A DNA stretch of 63,008 bases, counting the filler, from Choristocarpus tenellus KU-1152 (Eukaryota > Protista > Phaeophyceae): assembly GCA_964200185.2 (NCBI GenBank). It is 13 parts of 13 records of this genome, joined end to end, with 100 filler letters (N's around TTAATTAATTAA, not from the genome) between each part and the next. Parts side by side here need not be neighbours in the genome. Positions count along the whole stretch, not along the records: positions 24,321 to 27,971 come from CAXNAD020018733.1; positions 28,072 to 31,753 come from CAXNAD020018540.1; positions 31,854 to 34,819 come from CAXNAD020023304.1; positions 34,920 to 40,531 come from CAXNAD020010252.1; 9 more parts are not named here. One strand, 5' to 3'. The notes below the pieces were generated by a model. The model ran no database searches. It saw only the letters and a list, made by a program, of their open reading frames with translations, and was not told the origin of the DNA. Positions 24,594-35,245 of the stretch are shown here, in pieces (positions within the stretch are counted from its first letter, which is position 1; each line of letters opens with the position of its first letter). The translations under genes were made by a program, and so were the position numbers.

Positions 24594-27500
24594 ATGTCTG
24601 ACGAGGTTGAGTCCCGTCGTCAGTACCTTCTTTCTTCCCGTGGAGAAATAATATCCTCAAGAGAACACGTAGCTGCACAAGATGGGATGGTGCAGGCACA
24701 ACAACTCCCTCGCATGAACGACCAGGACACGAACACCAACTACCTCATCTTTGCAGTCAAGTGTGGGGATGCCGAATTGGTCAGGTCCCTTTTGGAAGAC
24801 GAGCCAGATACATCCGTCAACGTCCAAGACACGTGAGTGTAATTGAGTTTGAAGGGGAGAGAAGGGAGTTGATCTAAGGTGGGTGAACTAGAGACTGCTA
24901 TTTGTTGGTGTATGGACAGATATGTGACTCTTGACCAACTCTTTCCCCCCTCTCATCTTGCAATAGGTACGGCTATACCCCACTGCATTGGGCATGCCAG
25001 AAAGGATACTTAACTATCGCCAATATCTTGATGGCGAATGGTGCCAGCATATCACAGAGGGATCGTTGGGATCGCCTTGCTCTCCACAGGGCTGCGAAGG
25101 TGAGGGTGTGCCTTTTTGGACCTTAGATGGACGAGTAGTGCGCGTCTCCTGGCTGTAAAACCGTGCAAATGTTTGACCTCCCCCCCCGTAAGTGCATCAT
25201 CCTATTTTGACTCAGTAGTAAAGGAATCACATGTTAACCTCTCTTAACCCTGTGCTGTACACCGGTTGGATTCTTTTGCCACACTGCGCTGTAAGCCCTA
25301 ACGTATGCTAGTGTTCCTCATCAACGCAGGGTGTGTTCCTAGTGTTCAAAATTTATATATTTTGCTCTTTATGGATTGATTGCAGTCTCCAAGGGCGAGT
25401 TAGAGCTAAGGGATCGCGGAAATGAAGGAGGAAACCCAGACTCCATTCCCTGGTCATCTAGTACACACTATAGTGGTGCTGTACATTTTCTGTGTTGTAG
25501 ATGCATATATTCTAGCTCTTAGCGTTATGGTGAAATGCCCTTTCTAGGGTAGTTGCCTACATTAGTGGTATTTTTTACTGCATTTGCGTCTTGTCAGGAA
25601 GTTACCCAGCCTTGCACAATCCACCATATTTGCAGGAGGGTCATGTGGAAATTTGCAAGGCATTGTTGGATCATGGTACCGAGGTAAATGCCAGGGGGGA
25701 CAGCAATTGGGGTCCATTGCATTGTGCCACATTTCATGGTAGGAAGGCAGTGGTGGAACTGCTGCTAAACCACGGGGCAGACAAACTGGCTGTGGTGAGA
25801 AGGAAACGAAATCCGTAATCTACGCACACATAGGCTTGTGCTTGTGTTGATAGTGCCCCAAGGTGGTACACAATTCAGTAAACACCGTGTTGATGTGTTA
25901 TGCTTGCATTCTCACTTTCACTTTGGCCTGGAATTCAGAGAAAGAGTCATATTCTGCCAACGCTGTCTATGCACTCAGCATTATCGGCATGATAAGCACT
26001 TGAGTGACTTACAACCCTGGTCTGTTCAGTTATTTTCAAGAGTGCGGATTCCTCTTTTAACTGAGAAAGAAAGGCTGGCCATGCTGTCTTCCAACGAACG
26101 ATTTGCTAAGGCAGTAGTGTTGAGATTGAGTGTAAGTTGTTATTGCAGACAAGCGTTGTTGGCTCTGTACCTGTGACAGGACAATAGTGGACGCACAGCA
26201 GAGCAGCTGCTAGAGTTTTCCCTCCTTTCTGAGGAAACCAAGCGTGAAATACGAGGTTTAGTTCACATTGTGAGCGCTGAAGGTGCTTCCATGTGTGAAG
26301 GTGAGATGCAGGTGTGAGTATGAGAAAACTTATGTTACTTCCCTACCCCACTACATGGAGCACTCAGTCCTTCTACCTGCTCTGTTGTGATGATCATCAG
26401 ACTTTGATGAGCATCACTACTACCATGGTAAGTCTTGAACAAATTGTCATGCGTGCTACATCCTACTATGTAGTAGATGTCATTGGAGACTTCACTACAG
26501 TTTGATATGATGGGGTATTCATGCCTTCCCTTGAGCCCAAGCGCAAAGAAAAGTGGGCACTGGTTGATGGGTGCTGAATTGGTCCCTCTAAAGCCATATG
26601 CTAGCGTTGAGAGTCTCTGTATTGTAATGCAGTACTTGTGAAGTGCACTACTGTATTTTGTCCATTTTGTAATTGTCATTTGAAAGGAAAAAAAAAAAAA
26701 AAAAATTCTTTTTGGGGATCTTTTTTTTACTTCAAAGTATAGTTAGTGTCCTTTTACATAATGAAGTGTGTCTAGAGAAGAAGCTGGAAGGCTTTTTGTT
26801 ATGCGCTCTGCATTGGTTGTTTTAATGGCCTAGGCTGCTATATTGTCATAACATTTTGCAATATTCCAAATTTGCATACATTGTAGCCCAGCAGTGCTGC
26901 AGTGCTGTCTAGTTTGATGATTGGTCACTGGCCAGGATCACATTCCCCACCCCCACTTGAATACTGCTGGCGTTTGATTACATTTGACTACATTTGACCA
27001 AGAGCCGCAAGTTGTAATCTTTGTTGGACATTTGAAAAGGGGGCTATGGTCCAAGAGGATGAAGACACATGAACCAAAAATCAAACTAAAGAAATGATTC
27101 ATTCATGTGTACTGGGAATAGTAGGAGCAAGATAGGAGATTGATTGTTCATCTGGGAAAAAGACTGAGCAACATGCCTGTACAGGAGTGACAATAAAAAT
27201 GTATGCATGCTTTGGACTTGAGGATCGCAGCTGGATGGCAATCTCTTATGCTCTCTGGTCTCCAACTTTTGTCTTTCCATAGCACCGGTCGTGATAAGAA
27301 GAAATAAAAATAATGCACCAAGGTGCATCTGGTAGGCTGTTATGGGATGGATACGTGACAAAGACAAGCCCCTTTGAGCCCTATGCACTCTATTCCATAT
27401 TGTTATGTGTACAAGTGCACAGAATTCATACAGACCCTCGGGCATAGATGCATCGTCCTGTGGTAGCAATTGTTCCAACTTTCTCTTACTTATGCTGGTG

Positions 27501-27794
27501 CTCACAGAGGACTGCAAAAAGGGAGCGGATTGCATCTTCATACCGGATCCTGATAATCCTGATGTCAACTTGTATCTGGAGGTGCGAGGTCTGAAGAGGA
27601 GGATCAAGGACTTGATCATGGTACGAGCAGAACTGTCAACCCGCCAACAGCAGCTTGAGAACATCCTTGCAGACAAGCAGTCCAATGTGAGAGCACAATC
27701 TGAAGAAGAAAAAGAACATGATTTCGCTTCCCTGAAACAGTGTGCAGTGGATGTGATTGCTTGGACTGCCAGGGTGATAGTTGGAGAAGGCTGA
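24594..27794 (+). CDS. Ankyrin-repeat protein (about 4 repeats) with C-terminal coiled coil; complete, 312 aa
   Basis: Exons 24594-24832, 24967-25099, 25636-25794, 26180-26300 and 27508-27794 total 939 nt from ATG to TGA. All introns are GT-AG with phases 2/0/0/1. Motifs: YGYTPLHWACQKGYLTIANILMANGA, ALHRAAKEGHVEICKALLDHG, WGPLHCATFHGRKAVVELLLNHGAD. Confidence 0.92.
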
Positions 27795-28071
27795 GACGGT
27801 CCTTTTGAAGGGGGATGGGGTTGTGCTGATATGCATTGTAAAAAAGAAAAAAGAAGGAGAGAGGTGTCTTTACCTTGTCTGTAACTTTCATTTTGTACCA
27901 TTTGGCCACTTTCTGCATTAAAATGTCTCCACTTTTGAGGAGGTCACAAGGGTAGTTATGAATGCAACCCCNNNNNNNNNNNNNNNNNNNNNNNNNNNNN
28001 NNNNNNNNNNNNNNNTTAATTAATTAANNNNNNNNNNNNNNNNNNNNNNNNNNNNNNNNNNNNNNNNNNNN

Positions 28072-28091
28072 CCCCCCAGATACTTTGATCC
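28072..28091. mobile_element. MITE family A TIR at contig start
   Basis: CCCCCCAGATACTTTGATCC. Confidence 0.6.
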
Positions 28092-28099
28092 AGAGCTTT

Positions 28100-28490
28100 G
28101 TAGGACGGTTCACAGCTGCAAGGAGAGCATCACGTCGGTAATGTAAGGTACACACCTTGCTCATCTTTAGGGATATAAAACCACTTCTCATCCACATGTA
28201 CCCGATCATGCAGATCGTCCACTAACACACAACTCCCCCCCCTCCTGTGCGTGTGGCAAATGATGAAACCCACCCTCTTGACTTGGAAGGACTGGCTTAG
28301 TCCACCGCTTGACCTTCTTCACCTTCTCACACTTGTACAGATCCCACAACAAGGCAAGGGAGACACCAGCTTTGGCCGCCGATTTGCGGAAAGATGTGCG
28401 GTATACCGATGGGACATCCCAAGCGTGGAACACGGTGACTCGGGAAATTCGGCAGTCCTCCGCGATGGACGCCCCTCTCTCCCGAGTCAG
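28100..28490 (-). pseudogene. Plant-mariner-like (DD39D clade) transposase, N-terminal half, decayed
   Basis: HTH-like VPSVYRTSFRKSAAKAGVSLALLWDLYK..KRWTKPVL, then after a frameshift the first catalytic motif DRVHVDEKWFYI. Confidence 0.8.
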
Positions 28491-31400
28491 TTAATTTTGA
28501 AGCCCCTGCTTCTTCTTCACTTCCTTACCTCACCCAACATAAATGAGGCATAGGTGGCGTTAATTTTAGTGGTGTGGCACCAACCAGATGCTCATTTCAC
28601 ATAAACCCACTCTACATCACACTTGTGTTGGACACATTTATTTTTTTTTAGAGGATAACAACACCTGTTTGTTACACCAATCTTCCCTTGACGCCAATAG
28701 TGCTGTGACGTTTGGTAGGAACTGACTAACCTCCTCATGTTTATTGTCTCAATTATGGAAATATACAGACCCCCACTGTTTCTTCACCCAAAAAACTTGA
28801 GTAAGATGTTTCACTTATTGCTTTGCTTGAAGGATTATACCTTTGTGAAATGATGATAGGGTGGTGACTCTCCTATCTATGTCCTTAACATTGCAGGACC
28901 TGGCAGAGAGTGTAAAGAAGGTGGTCAATGAAATGGGGCGAATGCCTGGGAAGGTTAGAGCATTTGATCACCTCCTGTAAAAATGTCAGGTGAATTGTAA
29001 AATTTGAGAATTCTGAGTGCTCAGCAGGCACACACTGGGACTTTAACCGTTTGGAATACCTTCCCATATCTGTGGAGACCCCTCGACATATTTTACATTT
29101 TTTTCATTCTACATTGACTGTGTGATGCAATCCACTCCACCAATTCAAACATCCACACAAATATCACAAACAGTTTCAGAGTGATGAGGTGGCAATGAGG
29201 ACTTTTCGTTGGACCAGGGAGTTAGCATGTCCACTGTGGGTCATATGTCTGCAATTTCCTTTGTCTAGCCTAAGTAAGATACTTCTATTGGTGTTGATGG
29301 TAGTAGCTTCTATCTGGTGGGGGTAAGGACTTGCATACCTGTCCTAAAGGCTCTGAAGTGCATACGTATTTGTGCCCCATCTTGAACCAATTATGGTCCT
29401 CAGTGTTAATCTGATCTGTGAATTGTGTTTTATATTCTTTCCGACCATTTATCCACCTCTGTGGACTTGAACGATGGATCTGCCTTTATTTTTGGCACAT
29501 GGTAGATACTAGGTCATAGTTCATTTGCCTCCTTTTAACTTTCCTTTCTGACCACTGAAGGGTTCAAGTATGCTGTATGTTGCCTCCTTCTCCTTGGCAG
29601 TATCTGCTAATTGGTTCTTCTTTTTTCCTTGAAGCTTCACTGGAACATGGTTCAAATTGATGATGTGTTTTATATTTATATTTTCATTGACGTCATTAGT
29701 CTGAGGTATCCCAGACCTGTGTTTGATATTGTAGTCCAAAGAAGGCAATGGACACTCCTTGAAAAAAGGGCAACAAGGATGATAAGAGAGAAAAACAAAG
29801 CACAATGGGAAAGTAAAAGTTGAGAAAAGAGAAGAAACGAAAAGGAAGGGTAGAATGTCCAGGAGAATATCACTATCACCCAAAACCATGAGGGAAAGAG
29901 AAGAAAGAAAATGAAGGAAGGGCACAAGAGAATAATTATCCCCAACAAACACAATTCAGTAGACAGTCGTAATAGTGACGGTAGTGCTGTTATTGTGATA
30001 ATCAATCAATCGTAGTCACTGACATGTTGGAGTTGGGAAGGTATACATCTTTATGCCCTCAAACATTTTGTGGATGTATGTGTGAGAGAAAAACCGAAAC
30101 TGTCACAAGGATTACTACTTCGAATACTGAATAATCTAACAGTTGTCATGAATGCTAAATCAGCTATCTCCCTCTAAAAATGTATTTACTATTTGGAGAC
30201 TAACAATACAGCAATGTAGTGTTCCCTTGAAAAGGTTGTTCAGTAGAAAGTAAGGGATTGTCACGAAGAAAAAAATGAAACGAGAGATTCAACTTCAAGT
30301 GTGAAGGATTGTCATATGATATGATTGAAGAAGGATGGTACGTCATCCAACGGTTTTACATTTATTATATTGCGTAACCGTATCGCACCCCATCCTCCTC
30401 ATGATCGACCTACTCTCATACTGACATTGTCTGTCATGAAGCAATCCGCTTGAAGTTGGGCAAAGTTCTTGACACTCTACTACTAGGGTGAGGTGTTGAT
30501 TCGGTATGATCAATGATACCAGGTTGTGGTCTAAGACACCTTTGGTGCTGGTGGTGGACGAAGATAGAAGAGAATCGAGATCCCAGCGGGACATGCAGGT
30601 AAGCTGGTCACCAGGTCCCAGACACGTGCCAGCACGCCCCTCTCGTGTGTGGTTGAAACGAGATGTTTTTATCTAACAATCAGGTTGTGATTTCTCAATA
30701 TTGTCCTACTCAAAAAACGTCAATGTCATGAAATCGTTTAGATCGAGGAAAGACTGAGGATCGAGATCCGTGCCAAGGATAACTTTAGTTCAAAACGTAT
30801 TTACACAAGATCCCTTCTGATTCGTCGTGAGTGGGATACATGTGGCTCAGACTACACTTGGTCCACTCACCCTTGTAATGTTTTGGTGATAGGTGGCGCC
30901 TATGCAACAAGTGGTGTTGGATAGGGGACTGGAGGCGAGAGTCGTTACCTTATCTAACAAACTGGAGTAAGAAAGGGAAAGGATAACCGAAGCGTCAGGG
31001 ACTGCCTCGAGGAAGTGGATTTGGGAAGTGACTGCAGCTGTTGCTAGGCAGAGGGCACTTGAAGACCCAACCAACAGGGTTTGAGATCAGTTAGTTCCAG
31101 AAACATGTAAGTATCACATGTGACACCTTGATTATCACATCCTTCTCCTACACTGTCTGTGACAATTCGACCGTATCATCAGTGAACTTCCTAATTACTT
31201 TATTGCCCGTGCCATGGTATTCTTGTAGATCCTGGGCAGGGGAAGATGACCCCCAACATCTAGACAAATTTGTACAGGTCTAGCGCACACTGTTGCTACA
31301 CAGCACGTAGAAAGTGTCCAAAAAGACCATAATCATGAACCTCAAACTGTGGTAGGGGCTAACCAATCCAACAAGGCTTCCACAATAATGCCAAGCACAC

Positions 31401-32356
31401 ACCTCGAACATCACACAACCACTCCGACAAGAGTTCTCCAAGAACAGTAAGACAATAATGCTATACAAATCATCATCGTACCATACTATTCAAGACGCCA
31501 TGGACACAACAGTGGAACCTCCCATGAGGGTCAATATGTGACATGCAGCACCATCCCCCCATCCAATAAACCTCCCTGACACCATGCACATCTTGTCTGC
31601 ATGACATACAAACTCACAAAAATGAAAAAAAAATAAACGCAACAAAAGTAATACCAAGTTAAGGATCACACAAAAGGGGTCACTGAGAACAGATACATGT
31701 AGCACTCCATAGACGGTGCATGTATTGTGCTCTGACACCGAGTTACCACACACNNNNNNNNNNNNNNNNNNNNNNNNNNNNNNNNNNNNNNNNNNNNTTA
31801 ATTAATTAANNNNNNNNNNNNNNNNNNNNNNNNNNNNNNNNNNNNNNNNNNNNTGGTAGCTCACAGTGGAAACAGTTTCGGATACTTCTCCTGAAGGTCC
31901 TTAGCAATGCCATGTTGCGTCTCCCACAATCCATGAAATGGCAGGGTCCTTAGCAATGCATATAGCGTCTCCTACAATCAACAAAATCTCCCTTAGTACT
32001 TCATCACTACAAGTCTTCGGAATGAAGTAATATGGTGGAGCTCTTACTTCCTACCTATCCTATCACGATCTCTACGAACACATCCTGGGGTGTTTTCTAC
32101 TGTGGGTCCTTATCCATATCAAAATGCGTCTCCCACGATCCACGAAATATCCCTAGTGTCACGCCTAAAGTGAATCCTTGGAAAAGAGTAGTACTAAACA
32201 ATTGACTTATTACTGATTTACCATACACACAAACGACGAAAAACTCTCCCTGACTTTAAATACTCTCTATCCAAAGTCAGTCTGCATACAACATCACAGC
32301 TATCACTTGACTGTGGGTATGCACCAAAATACACAACAGATGGGGGACAAACTTAA

Positions 32357-32542
32357 GGCTCAAAGTATCTGGGAGGGGGTAGCGGATGTCCATTTTGGGT
32401 CAAATTTTTCATGTCGCGATTTTTGGGTGATTTTGTTGCATACGTCGGATGGATACTGTAATTGTAATTTTTCTTATTTTGGTCCAAATGGACACCCTGG
32501 TGTAGAGCCCCCCCCCCCCCCCCCTCCCAGATACTTTGGGTC
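32357..32542 (+). mobile_element. MITE family A, full copy (186 bp)
   Basis: TIRs GGCTCAAAGTATCTGGGAGGGGG / CCCCCTCCCAGATACTTTGGGTC. Inner inverted motif GTCCATTT / AAATGGAC. TTAA on both flanks. Confidence 0.88.
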
Positions 32543-32747
32543 TTAAATATAATACTTTGGAAAAACAAACACAAGGGAAGATAGTCACAAAGGGGCAATG
32601 TTCTCTGTCACCGAAGTAATAGCTCCTGATGAAGCCTTCCAACCTGTCCAGTCTCGAACTGTTGTCTTTCACCTCTCGAGATTCGGTTGGGGGAGGAGTT
32701 GTGGTCGATACCATATATGCGATCCCTCCTTAGCCCTCCTTCCAGAA

Positions 32748-33009
32748 GAGTGAAAGTATCTTAAGAGGGTATAAGTTTTGCCCTGTTTGTCCATTTGGAG
32801 CTTGGCTTCCCATGGAGGTTCTTATGACATTTTCCTACTCGAAAATATTTTGGAGTAGGCAAAATGTATACGTTATGAAAAGGTGTGTCTGGAACAAGGA
32901 TATTTTGACATTTTCTAACAAACACGATAGCCAAAATTACATCGAAATCACAACATTGGATTTTGGTCCCCAAATGGACGCGGCTCTACCCTCTAAGATA
33001 CTTCGGGCT
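32748..33009 (+). mobile_element. MITE family B, full copy (about 262 bp)
   Basis: GAGTGAAAGTATCTTAAGAGGGT...ACCCTCTAAGATACTTCGGGCT, with the same inner GTCCATTTGG / CCAAATGGAC motif as family A. Confidence 0.85.
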
Positions 33010-33530
33010 AAAAGGTCTTCCTGTCCTCTCCCTTGCTCGAACAGTCAGGAGACATTCGCTCACTTCTTGACTTAGCCCTGTGTATCTCACACATCTTCTA
33101 CCTTGGCCATCATCTCCCCCCAGTCTTGTAGCCCGATCGAGGTCGGGGCAGTCATACTTCGTGTGGCCAGGCCATCTTTGCCATGCATAAAACAGAATAA
33201 GCGGCCCTTTCATCGACCCTTTCTACCAGCAGTCCCCCTTCCCGCACTCATAACCAGAGCACGGTCGTTCCCTTCGCCACTTAAAGAACTTGACGAACTC
33301 TATGCTGGAAGTCTCTACCTCGACTCCACGTCCACTGCCCAGACCGATCCCCTAGAGATGATGTCAGAGCCGTGAAGACCGAAGTCACAGTCATAGACTC
33401 CAAGGGTAGCTTGGGCTCTCACTGCAAAAGCGAGGAAATTCTCTCCCTACTTCCCAGCGAACGTGGGGAGGTTGGCGTCCCTGATGGGGTTGCCGGCAGA
33501 TGTCTTGTACACAATAACTTGCTCATTACT
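33010..33530 (-). mobile_element. Degenerate LTR-retrotransposon gag fragment (Copia-like)
   Basis: N-terminal LPTFAGK*GENFLAFAVRAQATLG. Frameshifted zinc-knuckle-like CFMHGKDG / GHTKYDCP. An LTR-like terminus TGTTGAAA lies at about 33582. Confidence 0.55.
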
Positions 33531-34419
33531 AGCTCGTCAATCAGCACAACGTCCCAGGAACAATCGGTCCGCTATGTAGCATGTTGAAATATTCCACACT
33601 GGACCGGCGGCTTTGGTGCTTTGATGAAAGACAATGAATAGCTTGATGTAGGTATGCAAAAGTTAATATTACAAGGGGCTTGTGGTCTCGATTCCGCTGA
33701 CTGAATACGTGGGTAAGACTAGCTAGACCATTATTATTTCTATAGTGTGGGGTTTGTAATCGTCCACACTAAATTACTATGAATCACTTATTTACTTGTC
33801 TTAAGTATAGAAAGTGTATCTTGAACTTGACAAAAAGAATCTGGACACTATGAGTCAGTACATAAAATATATCTGTCACTGGCTCTCCATCCTATTATCT
33901 AATCCACCGGTGGTGTCTATCGTATCAGCAGCACTATCTCCGAATAATCCACTATTCGCGAGAAGCCCAAACGATTCGGACGCTGCAGAGTCGTCTTGAA
34001 GTTGCGCCGTGGAGTCTGAGGCTCCAGGGATCCATGTCATTCCAACTACAAATATCAAGGCTTTCATTCCCACCTCGATAATATTCGCCATCATACCGAC
34101 CCATTGTACTAGTCAAGTATCGATATCTGCCATGCTATGGATCCATGCAGAATCCACTTATACTCAGATTAGGCCAGATACAAATTGACTCTGATGGTAT
34201 TCTGTGACCCTTGGGACAGATTTTCCCAAGGAAAACAAGGATATTTGTTGACCTGTTTTGGGCCTAGTTGGAGTTATATAGTTTTTTATGAAAGTATATA
34301 CTCTGATTGGGTCAGGCATACGTTGATTTTGACTGTGTCTTACGACTTTTGAGGATTAATTATCCGAAGAAACGAGGAGATATTTCGATCATTGTTGAAA
34401 TCCACGGGTTTATTTGGAA

Positions 34420-34515
34420 CTGGAGTGTCCCTATGTTGGAAACAACTGACAGAGTCGGAACTGGAGTCCCTATGTCGGAAACAACTGGCAGAGTCGGAAC
34501 TGGAGCCCCTATGTT
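34420..34515. repeat. 39-bp tandem repeat, about 2.5 copies
   Basis: TGGAGTCCCTATGTCGGAAACAACTGGCAGAGTCGGAAC. Confidence 0.8.
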
Positions 34516-34749
34516 ACCAAATGGCAATTATACATATCCCCACAGCACGATCTAAGGTGATTGAAGATATTTATTGTCCTGACCCATGATCATCGCCTGT
34601 GGTAAGCATGAAACATGTATGCCTAGTTCAGGCTGGAGGGCATGTTACAGACGAACATCATGTCTGCCTTTTCGCACTCTAACTGGTGTGAGCAGTTTTG
34701 TTATGGCATTCCCTATTTTTACGTTATTGCCAGACATTTCTGTCTGTAT

Positions 34750-34819
34750 TGTTACAGGCGATATGTCTTGATGGCGGTTTCATAAACACCATTATGACAT
34801 TGAAGTTCTAGATTTGATA
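34750..34819. mobile_element. LTR family L3 end at contig end
   Basis: Near-identical to 58453-58522 (TGTTACAGGCGATATGTCTTGATGGCGG..). Confidence 0.85.
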
Positions 34820-35245
34820 NNNNNNNNNNNNNNNNNNNNNNNNNNNNNNNNNNNNNNNNNNNNTTAATTAATTAANNNNNNNNNNNNNNNNNNNNNNNNN
34901 NNNNNNNNNNNNNNNNNNNGGGGAAGCGTATCCCCCCCCCCCCCTTGTTAGCAGCATCCTTGTTCAAAAAAGAACAAAAGGCTTCAAGAAGCACCAAGCA
35001 TAGTGTCTACTATCGAAATGCGAAATCTCTCCCTTTCCCAGCCTTGCTACTAACCAAAAAAATTGTGGACTACATACATACATACATATATATACATACG
35101 TATGTGAACACAGAAGGATTGCTCCCATGCTCAGGAAACACAGGCAAACATATGAGGAAGGAAGCCAGGGGGGAGGGGAGCATGCAAAACTCCCACTAGG
35201 TCTACAGTTATCCAAGAGCTGCACACCTAGGAGACATATGCCCAC

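Noticed and set aside
28880-29640. Decayed Gypsy RT on the minus strand (also 42740-43700)
   Set aside because: Only vague resemblance, with no intact diagnostic motif such as YLDD or TDAS.
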